Below are positions 37,693 through 47,063 of a stretch of 55,499 nt of DNA, piece after piece. Position numbers and translations under genes: made by a program. The DNA lies in NCBI GenBank assembly GCA_024639085.1, contig JAHEJB010000001.1:1-55499 (forward strand), given 5' to 3'. Numbering within the stretch: the stretch's first letter is position 1; each line of letters starts with the position of its first letter. The DNA comes from Rubricoccaceae bacterium. GTDB lineage: Bacteria > Bacteroidota > Rhodothermia > Rhodothermales > Rubricoccaceae. The notes beneath the pieces are model-generated. The model was not told where the DNA came from. It worked only from the letters and a program-made list of their open reading frames with translations, and made no database searches.

Positions 37693-39326
37693 CCCCGGTT
37701 TGGAGTTTGCTCGGCGCGCAAAGCTTCTTCCTTTACTCGATCGAGGTAGGCAACGGCTTCCACGCTGTCGTCCGGAATGTCATCCATGAAAACAGCTTCT
37801 TTGATAGCTCCCATCGCGGCTCGTTCGGGGCCTTGGAGGGTTTTCAGAATCTCCTGAAAAAGGTTTCCGCGACGCATGGCTTCGTCCTTGTGGTCCATCA
37901 TGTACGCGTACGCGGCATCGTGTTCGTTGGGGATGTCGCCATCCAGGATGGCTTCACGGATCCACGTCTTCAGAATGCCGACGGCCACGCCTTCTCCGAC
38001 GCCGAGGACCCCCATGATTTCGTTGCCGTCTACGGGCGGTTGGAAGGCACGGAGCTGATCCTTTTCCTCCACTTCGCGCATCTTCTCCTCCACGTAATCG
38101 AAGTTGGAGAGGTAGCGTTGGACCCGTTGAGGGTTCTTGCTGGTGATGTCTGCGCGGACGAGCATCATCAGGTCGTCCACGTCTTCGCCTGCATCGAATA
38201 GCAGGCGCCGAACGGCGGAGTCCGTCACATTGTCATCAACCAATGCGACGGGACGGTGGTGGTAGCGTACCATGTTTTGCACGTATTCAAGCGGCTCGCC
38301 CAGTGGCAGTTTCATCCGACGAAAAATACTCGGAATGTGCTTCCGCGGACCGAGGTCTTCGTGGCCATGAAAGGTCCAGCCGTGTGCGCGCGAAAAGTGC
38401 TTCGTGTCCGGCTTGGCGATGTCGTGCAGCAACGCAGCCCATCGAAGCCAAAGAGCTTTGTCCTCGGCAACCTCACCTGCCATTCCGACTTCTCGTTGCG
38501 CTATGCACAGATTGTCGAGCACTTGCAGCGTATGGAAGAAATTGTCTTTGTGTTTCTGCCCGTCAACGATTTCGACGCCGGCGAGCGCTGTCAGCTCAGG
38601 AAAGATCAGGTCGAGCAGCCCGGCCGCATAGAGGATTTTTATGCCAATGGATGGTTCGGGTGCAGCGACAATTTTCTGCAGTTCGTCCGTAATGCGCTCC
38701 TGGCTCACGATCTCAATTCGCTCAGCCATGCTTTTCATGGCTTCAAAGGTCTCCCGACTGATCTCAAACCCAAGCTGCGTCGCAAACCGCCCGGCACGCA
38801 GCATCCGCAACGGATCGTCGTCGAACGTTTCGGCTGGATCGAGCGGGGTTTTGAGAAGCCCCATTGCAAGATCATTCAGGCCACCGAACGGGTCTACAAG
38901 CACTCCGAACCGATGTTCATTGAGCGCGAGGGCGAGAGCATTCACCGTGAAGTCGCGGCGCTTCTGATCGTCTTCCAGCGAACCGTTTTCTACGACGGGC
39001 TTCCGCGAATCGCGGCTGTAGCTTTCCCTTCTCGCTCCAACAAACTCTAGCACGAGCGTTTCGCCCTCGTGCGAAAGACGGACTCCAGCGGTTCCAAAAT
39101 TTCTATAGACATGGGCGGTCGTTCCGCCGAGTTTCTTGGCGACAGCTTCAGCGAGTTGAATGCCACTGCCGTCGCCAACGGAAACGAAATCCAGGTCCGT
39201 CGTAGTGCGGTTCAATAGGGCGTCCCGTACTGCTCCTCCCACGACGTACGTCTCTATCCCGAGTCGATCGGCAACCGCGCCGATGTCTCGTAGAACTGGT
39301 TCGTAGGGGAGTTGGATATCCGTCAT
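37689..39326 (-). CDS. tRNA nucleotidyltransferase/poly(A) polymerase family protein with HD domain (CCA-adding-like)
   Basis: 'YVVGGAVRDALLNR.TTDLDF', 'RRDFTVNALA', 'DPLRMLRAGRFA'. HD region 'WAALLHDIAKPDT...GHEDLG'. Confidence 0.88.
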   Translation of the reverse strand: MTDIQLPYEPVLRDIGAVADRLGIETYVVGGAVRDALLNRTTTDLDFVSVGDGSGIQLAEAVAKKLGGTTAHVYRNFGTAGVRLSHEGETLVLEFVGARRESYSRDSRKPVVENGSLEDDQKRRDFTVNALALALNEHRFGVLVDPFGGLNDLAMGLLKTPLDPAETFDDDPLRMLRAGRFATQLGFEISRETFEAMKSMAERIEIVSQERITDELQKIVAAPEPSIGIKILYAAGLLDLIFPELTALAGVEIVDGQKHKDNFFHTLQVLDNLCIAQREVGMAGEVAEDKALWLRWAALLHDIAKPDTKHFSRAHGWTFHGHEDLGPRKHIPSIFRRMKLPLGEPLEYVQNMVRYHHRPVALVDDNVTDSAVRRLLFDAGEDVDDLMMLVRADITSKNPQRVQRYLSNFDYVEEKMREVEEKDQLRAFQPPVDGNEIMGVLGVGEGVAVGILKTWIREAILDGDIPNEHDAAYAYMMDHKDEAMRRGNLFQEILKTLQGPERAAMGAIKEAVFMDDIPDDSVEAVAYLDRVKEEALRAEQTPNRG

Positions 39327-39419
39327 CTTCTGTGTACTCCCTCAAAACTAATCCGTTGTTTACAGCGTCCGACAGATGTGCAGCCTAGCTTGATGGTTCT
39401 TATTCCTTTCTCCTCTCCC

Positions 39420-40619
39420 ATGATTCGTCCATTTCTTCTAACCGCGGTGCTGCTCACGTCATCTGTGTATGCCCAGACTATCCCGGTTATCGGCACCTCG
39501 GCTACACTAGACGTAGCGACGTGGAATATCGAGGACTTTGGTGCTGACGGAGGACCGACAAACAATCAGCTTCAACTGGAGAACGTGCTGGCTGTAATCC
39601 GCCAGTCAGACATTGATCTGTGGGGACTGCAGGAACTGAATGATGAAGTGGATTTTGATGCGCTGCTCGACTCGCTCGGCTCGGCCTTTAGTGGTGCCTG
39701 GGTAGATGACGATTTCGGAAACATTGGCTACGGATATGTTTTTCGGAGCGACGTCATCAACGACCTTCAGATTAGCCAGATTCTGACCGGGTCATCGTTT
39801 GAGTTCGCCTATCGGCCCCCCCTCCAAATGCGTGCGGACGTGATATTGCCGGATACGACCGCCGAAGTCCGATTCATCAATCTGCACATGAAAGCGGGTG
39901 GCGCGTTTGAGGACTACGAACGCCGCGTTGCAGCTTCGGAGATTCTAAAGAACTATATCGACAACCTGCAGAGCATTGGGGTCGACGTGATTGTCATGGG
40001 CGATCTAAATGATGAACTGCTGGTGTCCATTTCAAGTGGCCGTCCGTCTCCGTACAGCAATTTTCTGAACGACGACGACTACCTCTTCGCTACCGAACCG
40101 CTAGACCTACCGGGCGACAGCAATGATCGCAATACGTTTTGCTCTAGCTCCATGTGCACGAGCGGATCTGTGATTGACCACATCATTGCAACCGGAACGC
40201 TCGAAGACGATTATGAAGACGATTCTGCCGACCATTTCATCGAGTTGGTTACGGCGCTACCAGGATACACGAGCACTACGTCGGATCACCTTCCCGTGTA
40301 CGCCCGCTTCGACTTCCAGGGGATGGGCACCGCGGTTGCCGATGAAGTGCCAGCGGTGTCTTTTGCCATCGAGGCGGCCTATCCGAACCCCTTTAGGGGC
40401 AACGCGACCCTTTCCTACACAGTAGATCGCCCGGGGCCTGTTGAGATCGCCCTGTTCGATGTTTTAGGGCGTCGGGCCGCAGTAGTCGCCAGCACCTATC
40501 GAACGGCAGGGACGCATCGAATCCTGATTGACGGGGCGTCGCTTGCGCCCGGACTTTACGTCGCTCGGCTGACTTCGAACGGGCAATCGGCAATCACGCG
40601 ACTGGTACGCGCTCAATAA
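39420..40619 (+). CDS. endonuclease/exonuclease/phosphatase (EEP) family protein with T9SS C-terminal sorting domain
   Basis: Signal peptide (start ATG 39420). 'LDVATWNIEDFG', 'DLWGLQEL', 'IVMGDLND', 'SDHLPVYARF'. C-terminal 'AYPNPFRGNATLSYTVDRPGPVEIALFDVLGRR...LAPGLYVARLTSNG' is a Por/T9SS type-A CTD. Confidence 0.88.
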   Translation: MIRPFLLTAVLLTSSVYAQTIPVIGTSATLDVATWNIEDFGADGGPTNNQLQLENVLAVIRQSDIDLWGLQELNDEVDFDALLDSLGSAFSGAWVDDDFGNIGYGYVFRSDVINDLQISQILTGSSFEFAYRPPLQMRADVILPDTTAEVRFINLHMKAGGAFEDYERRVAASEILKNYIDNLQSIGVDVIVMGDLNDELLVSISSGRPSPYSNFLNDDDYLFATEPLDLPGDSNDRNTFCSSSMCTSGSVIDHIIATGTLEDDYEDDSADHFIELVTALPGYTSTTSDHLPVYARFDFQGMGTAVADEVPAVSFAIEAAYPNPFRGNATLSYTVDRPGPVEIALFDVLGRRAAVVASTYRTAGTHRILIDGASLAPGLYVARLTSNGQSAITRLVRAQ

Positions 40620-40701
40620 GGCTCGCCCACAAATTCACCGCGTGTCAATGGCAGGTTGCGTACTATCTGGATTGAATCTAAACAGCCAGTCAATCCGCGA
40701 A

Positions 40702-41736
40702 ATGCGTAGCCTGTTAACCGCTCTCGCCCTCAGTTTCATTCTTGCGTTGGCAGCTTGTACGTCTGAAACTGACGGACCTGAAGCGGATGGAGAGCCTCTT
40801 GTCGTCTATTCCGGTCGCAAGAGCGTGCTCGTCGATCCACTGGTTGAGCAGTTCACTGCGGCAACAGGGATCGCCGTAGAGGTTCGTTACGGTAGTGATG
40901 CAGAACTCCTCGCTGCACTTCAAGAGGAAGGTGATGCCAGCCCTGCCGACCTCTTCTGGGGCAACACAGCAGGCGCTCTCAGCGCAGCCGGTGAAGCCGG
41001 ATTGCTCACGTCACTTCCGGACAGCATCCTGTCCAAGCCGGACAGCTATGCACCATCAAGCGGGCTTTGGGCTCCAATTACTGTCCGCTTCAGGGTGATG
41101 GCATACGATCCGAGCCGGGTTACGCCGGAGTTCCTTCCCACGTCGGTGATGGAAATCCCTAACAACGAGGCCTTCCGTGGGCAGATTGGGTGGACACCAA
41201 CGTACTCGTCGTTTCAGGACTTCATTACGGCTATGGTTGAAATCCAAGGCGAAGAGGCCACACGAGAATGGATTGAAGGGGTGAAGGCTTTGGAGCCTAA
41301 GGCGTACCCCTCGAATACGCCAATGCTAGAGGCCATGATGGCGGGCGAGATCACCGTCGGCTTGACCAACCACTACTACATCCTGCGCGTTCTCTATGGG
41401 AGCGACGAAAATCTTGGTAGCGATCCGCCCGTTGCTTCGCATCACTTCGCCGCGGGCGATACGGGCAACCTCGCTCTTGTGACGGGCGCAGGGTTGTTGA
41501 ATACAAGTTCGCAGCCCGACAAGGCTCTTGCGTTCATTTCCTACTTGCTCACGCAGGATGCCCAGGCGTTCGCCGCCGAAACCGTTCGTGAATACCCCGT
41601 GGTTCGGTCGGCAGCAGTGCCGGATTACCTCCTGCCGTTCGACGAGGCGGCAGCCCTGGGTCCCGAGTTTGATTTTGAGCGTCTTCGCAATCTGGAACGC
41701 ACGCTGGACCTTCTGCGCGAACAGGGCTTGCTGTAG
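40702..41736 (+). CDS. Fe(3+)-type ABC transporter substrate-binding lipoprotein
   Basis: Lipobox 'ILALAAC'. SBP family-1 pattern 'LVVYSGRKSVLVDPLVEQFTAATGI.VEVRYG', 'HYYILR'. Operon context with the permease and ATPase. Confidence 0.8.
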   Translation: MRSLLTALALSFILALAACTSETDGPEADGEPLVVYSGRKSVLVDPLVEQFTAATGIAVEVRYGSDAELLAALQEEGDASPADLFWGNTAGALSAAGEAGLLTSLPDSILSKPDSYAPSSGLWAPITVRFRVMAYDPSRVTPEFLPTSVMEIPNNEAFRGQIGWTPTYSSFQDFITAMVEIQGEEATREWIEGVKALEPKAYPSNTPMLEAMMAGEITVGLTNHYYILRVLYGSDENLGSDPPVASHHFAAGDTGNLALVTGAGLLNTSSQPDKALAFISYLLTQDAQAFAAETVREYPVVRSAAVPDYLLPFDEAAALGPEFDFERLRNLERTLDLLREQGLL

Positions 41737-41747
41737 CCCATCAGTTC

Positions 41748-43316
41748 ATGCCGGTCGCTCGACGTCTCCATGACTTCCGTTGGTACCTCTGGGGACCTGT
41801 GGCGTTCGTGGCACTCGGCGTTCTACTGCCACTAGGCTACCTCGTCTTAAGGGCATTTCAAGGGAATGCCTCCGAGCTGGCTGAGCTTGTTTTTCGTATT
41901 CGCAATCTCAAGCTACTCGGGAACACGCTTGGCTTGGCTGCCGGAGTGCTGCTGCTTACCTCGGTAATTGCATTTCCCTTGGCTTGGCTGGCCACGCGGA
42001 CAAACATTAAGGGGCGACCTCTAGTAACGCTGGTTGGCGTTCTACCGCTTGCTGTTCCGGGGTACGTGATGGCGTACGCTTTGATGGCCTCTACGGGACC
42101 TTCTGGGTTGCTTTCGGGCCTGCATCTGCCTCGGTCAAGTGGTTTCACTGGAGCGTGGTTGGCGCTTGGTCTGTACACGTTCCCCTATCTTTTTCTGAAT
42201 CTTCGAGCAGCGCTGTTGGGCCTTGACCCATCGCTCGAGGACGCGGCTCGGTCGCTCGGCTATTCGAATCGGGAGGTCGCCCGCCGAGTCGTACTTCCAC
42301 AGCTTCGCCCTGCGTTCTTTGCGGGCGCGCTGCTCATCGTGCTGCACGTGCTTGGAGATTTTGGGGTTGTCTCGTTGATGCGCTTCGAGACATTTTCCTA
42401 CGCCATCTACCTTCAATACGCGGCGGCGTTCGACCGCGTGTATGCGGCGTGGCTAGCGCTCATGCTCTTGTCAATGACGGTTATGATACTTTTGCTGGAA
42501 ATGCGCCTTCTTCGTGGTCGACATTTCGAGAGGGCAGGGACAGGAGCAAACCGTCACGCGCCAATCAGCACGCTTGGGCGCTATGCCCTTCCAGCCTACG
42601 GCTTTGTTGGATTGGTTGGAATGGCGGGCATAGTGCTGCCATTAAGCACAGTGATCTACTGGCTTGGTCGGGGAGGTGGGCAGGGCCGATGGGGTAATCT
42701 GGTGAATGCACTGTTGGATTCATGCAGTGCAGCTCTGCCGGCAGCCTTTCTGGCCACGGCGCTTGCACTCCCGGTCGCTTATTTGAGTGTCCGCAAGCCC
42801 ACCAGGCCGTCGCGAGTAGCCGAACGCATCGCGTACCTGGGATATGCCACACCACCGCTGGCCTTTGCGCTCGCCCTAATCTTTTTCACGTTACGATCTG
42901 CTCCGTTTCTATATCAGACTTTGGGTCTTCTGATCGTTGCCTACGCGCTTCATTTTTTGGCAGAGGCCATCGGTCCGATTCGAAGCGCACTTTACCAGGC
43001 TCCTGCTCGCATTCAGGAAGCCGCGCGCAACCTCGGGCGTTCTCCGGTCCGTGCATTCTTCGAGGGTACGTTTCCGCTGCTCCGAGGTGGCATTGGCGCA
43101 AGCATGACCCTCGTGTTTCTATCGGTGTTGAAGGAACTCCCTATCACCTTTCTGCTTTCTCCGCTTGGTTTCCGCACGCTTGCCATGGGCGTATGGAGCG
43201 CTGCGGGCGAATCCCTGTTTAGTATTGCGGCACCCTACGCGCTTGTGCTCATTCTGACGTCAAGCGCGATTGTCTGGTTGCTATTACGCGATCCTCGCGC
43301 GAGCAGAATCAGATGA
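41748..43316 (+). CDS. iron ABC transporter permease (duplicated MetI-like domain)
   Basis: Two EAA loops, 'LEDAARSLGYSNREVARRVVLPQLRP' and 'IQEAARNLGRSPVRAFFEGTFPLLRG'. About 12 TM helices. Confidence 0.9.
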   Translation: MPVARRLHDFRWYLWGPVAFVALGVLLPLGYLVLRAFQGNASELAELVFRIRNLKLLGNTLGLAAGVLLLTSVIAFPLAWLATRTNIKGRPLVTLVGVLPLAVPGYVMAYALMASTGPSGLLSGLHLPRSSGFTGAWLALGLYTFPYLFLNLRAALLGLDPSLEDAARSLGYSNREVARRVVLPQLRPAFFAGALLIVLHVLGDFGVVSLMRFETFSYAIYLQYAAAFDRVYAAWLALMLLSMTVMILLLEMRLLRGRHFERAGTGANRHAPISTLGRYALPAYGFVGLVGMAGIVLPLSTVIYWLGRGGGQGRWGNLVNALLDSCSAALPAAFLATALALPVAYLSVRKPTRPSRVAERIAYLGYATPPLAFALALIFFTLRSAPFLYQTLGLLIVAYALHFLAEAIGPIRSALYQAPARIQEAARNLGRSPVRAFFEGTFPLLRGGIGASMTLVFLSVLKELPITFLLSPLGFRTLAMGVWSAAGESLFSIAAPYALVLILTSSAIVWLLLRDPRASRIR

Positions 43317-44403
43317 CTATCTCGTAATCACGCACTCGAACGCCCAACCTCTCATACCCGCACTCCTCACCATATCCTGCCTTTCCAAGACCTTCTCGGA
43401 TGGTGCCATGCCCGTCGTGAATGGGCTTTCGTTTGATGTGGAGCGAGGTGAGTTGTTTGCGCTGCTTGGACCGAGCGGATGTGGCAAAACGACGGCGTTG
43501 AGGCTTATCGGAGGTTTCCTTCGGCCTGACCGGGGAACGATTTCGCTTGACGCCAGAGTGCTTGCTGGAGATGGAACGTTCATTCCGCCCGAGAAACGTG
43601 GAATCGGTTTTGTATTTCAGGACTACGCGCTGTTTCCCCATTTGACGGTATCGCAAAATGTGGCGTTTGGACTGCGGAAAGAGAAACCAGCGACGAAGAA
43701 AGAGCGGGTTGACGAGGTGCTCAAACTGGTCGGGATGGAAGGGTTTGAGGAACGACTCCCCCATGCTCTCTCAGGCGGACAACAGCAACGGGTCGCACTA
43801 GCCAGGGCGCTGGCGCCGCGACCGCGCCTGCTCTTGCTGGACGAACCCTTCTCGAACCTCGACGCCTACTTCCGGAATGAGATGCGCGACAACATCCGCC
43901 GCATCCTGAAAGAGGAGGGAGTGACCGCCGTTCTCGTAACGCACGATCAGGAGGAGGCGCTTCTGTTTGCTGACAGGGTAGCGGTGATGCAAAGCGGTCG
44001 CATCGACCAAGTAGGAACGCCCGAAGAGATCTATATGACGCCGCGCACGCTTTTCGTGGCCCAGTTCATGGGGCAGACGAACCTCGTGCTCACTCAAGCC
44101 CACGGTAAAACTGCCGACTCCGTTCTCGGCAAACTGCAGCTTCATCGTGAAGCAGAAGGAATGGTTTTAGTAGCTGTCCGGCCCGAGCACTTCTCCATCG
44201 GTCCAACCGCCGATCACGCCGATTCCATGGAAGCAACCGTGATGAGCCGCTCGTTCAAAGGGCACGACATCACCTACCGTGTGCAGGTCGGCCCCGTGGA
44301 TTGCCTGGTTCACACACACAACCGCGAGCCCTACGAGCCGGGCGACACGGTTTTCATTCGCGCGCTACAACCAGCGGTCGTGTTAGATAAGGCGGGAGCC
44401 TAG
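43270..44403 (+). CDS. ABC transporter ATP-binding protein (FbpC/PotA-like)
   Basis: Walker A 'GPSGCGKTT', signature 'LSGGQQQRVALARAL', Walker B 'LLLLDEPFSNLD'. The start is uncertain. The only canonical in-frame start is TTG 43270, which overlaps the permease by 47 nt. Confidence 0.88.
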   Translation: MSGCYYAILARAESDDYLVITHSNAQPLIPALLTISCLSKTFSDGAMPVVNGLSFDVERGELFALLGPSGCGKTTALRLIGGFLRPDRGTISLDARVLAGDGTFIPPEKRGIGFVFQDYALFPHLTVSQNVAFGLRKEKPATKKERVDEVLKLVGMEGFEERLPHALSGGQQQRVALARALAPRPRLLLLDEPFSNLDAYFRNEMRDNIRRILKEEGVTAVLVTHDQEEALLFADRVAVMQSGRIDQVGTPEEIYMTPRTLFVAQFMGQTNLVLTQAHGKTADSVLGKLQLHREAEGMVLVAVRPEHFSIGPTADHADSMEATVMSRSFKGHDITYRVQVGPVDCLVHTHNREPYEPGDTVFIRALQPAVVLDKAGA

Positions 44404-44527
44404 CTGGACCTCTCCTTTATTTGTCATCCTGAGGACCGGATGGAGCAAGGTTCTCCTTCGCAGTTCAGTTGTGATAGAGTTGGGAGATCCCTCGTCGATG
44501 TTCTCCTCGGGATTACAAAGTGAGGGC

Positions 44528-45901
44528 CTAGTCCTCCTCCCTCGGTGGCCTCAGATCATTCGCTCGGATCTGATGCTCCCACAGCAGTTCGCCGTCGGTC
44601 GAGTAGGTTTTCAGGGTCATCATCCGGTCCGTTCGTTCTCCTTCCACGGTCATGGTCCCGAAGTTGCGTTGGTCGGTTACAAACGTTCCTTCAACGCGGA
44701 GAGCGTTCGTCGAATCCTGCGGAGTTCTGGACGCGCCGGCGGTAAGCGGCGAAGAGGTGAACTCGTAGAGCGGATATGTGCCATCTCGTTCCATTCGGTT
44801 GAGCTCCGTGTGGTGACGATCGCCGGAAAGGAACATCACGCCCCAGATGTCGCGTCGCTCGATTTCATCGAGCACGTATTGTCTCTCCGCGGGGGCGAGG
44901 TTGGCATACGTCTCGTAGACCGCATTGGGGTTGAGAAATTGCCCGCCCATTGCCACCACTTTGAACGGCGCATAGCTGGCTTGTAGCGCATCAAGAAGCC
45001 ACTGAAGCTGGGCTTCTCCTAAAACCGTGTCGTCGTTGGGGTCTTGCGGCGCGTTGTTCGGAGTACGGTAGTAGCGGTTGTCGAGCATGAAGAACTCAAC
45101 GTCCGCGTACTGGAAGTTGTAGAAAATCCCAGGCGTGTTGGGAAGCCCGTACGTGGGATTGGGCCAGTACCGTTGGAAGGCGTCCAGTGCCGCACCTTTC
45201 AGGATGTAGGAGCGATCCGAGTTATTCGGACCGTAGTCGTGGTCGTCCCAAATGGCGTAGTTGGGAGCCGTGCTCAGCAATTGTTGAATCTCTGGCAATG
45301 CGCGGTCGTGGCGATTGCGGTAGGCAAGTCCCTCCGGACTCCACCAGTCCACCTCGCGGTAATACACATTGTCGCCTAGCCACAGGTTGAGGTCGTGGCC
45401 CATTCCTGCCATGGTCTCGAGAATCTCGTAATCGCCGCCGTACGGGTCGCCAGGACGGTCGTAAGGTTCATCCGCCACATAGTTGCACGAGCCCAATACG
45501 GCTGTGAATGTGGGCGGATCAGTCCTCCATTGCCATAGGGGTTGCGTCGTGAACGACAACGGGTAACCAAACGATTGTTCCTCACTGTCGACAAGGACGT
45601 GATATGCATAGGTCCATCCCGGCTCCAGGTTCGTAAGACGGAAAGTTGCGATGTGGTCGTTCTCCGAGTTGGCGACAATTATTTCCGTCTCGATCCAGCG
45701 CGCTCTGATTACTCCATCGCTCGATGCTGTCGATGTTGCGGCGTACCGCAGTCCTACCTCAGCGTCTGTGACTGTTTGTACCCACACGGTGGCTTCGCGT
45801 TGGGTTATTGGACCGAGCATTGGTCCGGCGCTAATCTGAGCCTGAGCAGGCGCAACAACTAGAAGAACGAGAAGGGGAAGGAGCGATCGAAAGCGCATCA
45901 T
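44528..45901 (-). CDS. PhoD-like alkaline phosphatase/phosphodiesterase, secreted
   Basis: Signal peptide 'LLPLLVLLVVAPAQAQ'. 'WLGDNVYY', 'AIWDDHDYGPNN', 'FLSGDRHHTEL'. Start at ATG 45901. Confidence 0.88.
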   Translation of the reverse strand: MMRFRSLLPLLVLLVVAPAQAQISAGPMLGPITQREATVWVQTVTDAEVGLRYAATSTASSDGVIRARWIETEIIVANSENDHIATFRLTNLEPGWTYAYHVLVDSEEQSFGYPLSFTTQPLWQWRTDPPTFTAVLGSCNYVADEPYDRPGDPYGGDYEILETMAGMGHDLNLWLGDNVYYREVDWWSPEGLAYRNRHDRALPEIQQLLSTAPNYAIWDDHDYGPNNSDRSYILKGAALDAFQRYWPNPTYGLPNTPGIFYNFQYADVEFFMLDNRYYRTPNNAPQDPNDDTVLGEAQLQWLLDALQASYAPFKVVAMGGQFLNPNAVYETYANLAPAERQYVLDEIERRDIWGVMFLSGDRHHTELNRMERDGTYPLYEFTSSPLTAGASRTPQDSTNALRVEGTFVTDQRNFGTMTVEGERTDRMMTLKTYSTDGELLWEHQIRANDLRPPREED

Positions 45902-45998
45902 GGCAGTCGGCGGTGAGTTATCCGCGGTCATAAACGAAAAACGCCGCACCCGATACATTCGGATGCGGCGTCCATGTTACGGCAGACGGGTTGAATGC

Positions 45999-46406
45999 TC
46001 ACTCCTCTTCGTCAGAGGCCGGAGCAGGGCGGACATCCCACAACAACATCTGGTCGATGTCGGCGTAGTCGTCGCCGTCTTCGTCCTTGAATTCATAGTC
46101 GCCGTATTTGTCGCGATTATGCTCGGGGATGCGCTTCCATGTAACTCCGCTCGGATCTACGAACTCCTTCGGGAAGGGGCTCTCGACACGGTATGAAGGG
46201 TGGTAGTTGCGATAGGTCTTGGCCGCTTCGTACAGCGCGGCGCGGCGTGCGCCCGCGCGGGTGGCACTATTGCCCGTTACACGAAACGGAGTGATGTTGA
46301 TAATCGCAATAACATCGTCTTCGTCCTCTTCAGGGTCGAGGTACTCTGGGCGCATCACCTTGAACTCGTCTGGGTGGGGATATGCACTGCGCTCGTTGTC
46401 GAACAT
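45999..46406 (-). CDS. hypothetical protein (135 aa, acidic termini)
   Basis: Clean ATG ORF with coding-like composition. No domain recognised. Confidence 0.55.
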   Translation of the reverse strand: MFDNERSAYPHPDEFKVMRPEYLDPEEDEDDVIAIINITPFRVTGNSATRAGARRAALYEAAKTYRNYHPSYRVESPFPKEFVDPSGVTWKRIPEHNRDKYGDYEFKDEDGDDYADIDQMLLWDVRPAPASDEEE

Positions 46407-46630
46407 AGGAATCTTCTTTCTTGAGAATCAGGGCGCGGAAACTACGATTGCGATGGTTGGGATCCCATTGAGAACACCTTTCCATAATCGCTTTCCAGAG
46501 AAATTCTACCCCGACAAAAAGTAAAAAAGTTCTTGCATGGAGGAACCGCGTGTGCCCAAATTTTAGAGTCGCGCCGTTTGGCCGAGACTCACGCATCACT
46601 CGGATCTCCGCTCGCTAAACCTCCGTCTCC

Positions 46631-46810
46631 ATGAACGACTTTAATCTGTACAACGACTTCGACGAAGATGACGACTTTGATGACGACATCCTGGATGACG
46701 AAGATGAGGATTTTGACGACGACATCGATCTGGATGACTTGGAGGATGACGACGAAGACGACGATGATGATGACGACTTCGATGAGGGTGATCTCGACGA
46801 CGATTTCTAG
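46631..46810 (+). CDS. hyper-acidic 59-aa micro-protein with SSB-C-terminal-tip-like repeats (below the ORF-track size cutoff)
   Basis: ATG 46631 to TAG 46808-46810 translates as MNDFNLYNDFDEDDDFDDDILDDEDEDFDDDIDLDDLEDDDEDDDDDDDFDEGDLDDDF. 40/59 residues are D/E and none is K/R/H. Codon choice is mixed (gac/gat/gaa/gag), so this is not a simple DNA microsatellite. The track only shows the antisense R/H-rich shadow at 46641-46838. Confidence 0.5.
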   Translation: MNDFNLYNDFDEDDDFDDDILDDEDEDFDDDIDLDDLEDDDEDDDDDDDFDEGDLDDDF

Positions 46811-47063
46811 CCTGGGCGAAGGCGGAATTCCTCTTCAATAACGGCTATACATTTTCGGGCCTTCTGTAGTGGGCTAGCCGTTTTCGTTGGCTGCGAGTTT
46901 GATTGGGGCTTGAAGACAAGCTCCAGCCTCTACGAGCGCGAAGTATTGCCGACCTGAATAACGGCTGTCTGATCGAGGCCTCGCGTTGGGGTTGCCGTGT
47001 CTGATGGGGCGGAAGGGCCTCATTTGCGTCTATCCACAAAGTGTGTGAAAACGGGGATATCGT

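Noticed and set aside
38256-39050. 264-aa plus-strand ORF inside the CCA/HD nucleotidyltransferase gene
   Set aside because: It is an antisense shadow ORF. The minus-strand frame has the PolyA_pol head and HD motifs.
46641-46838. 65-aa Arg/His-rich minus-strand ORF (RRDHPHRSRHHHRRLRRH...)
   Set aside because: It is the antisense mirror of the GAC/GAT-rich acidic micro-ORF. The plus-strand reading has a clean ATG and stop and is co-oriented with nrdJ. I cannot exclude the minus strand without expression data.
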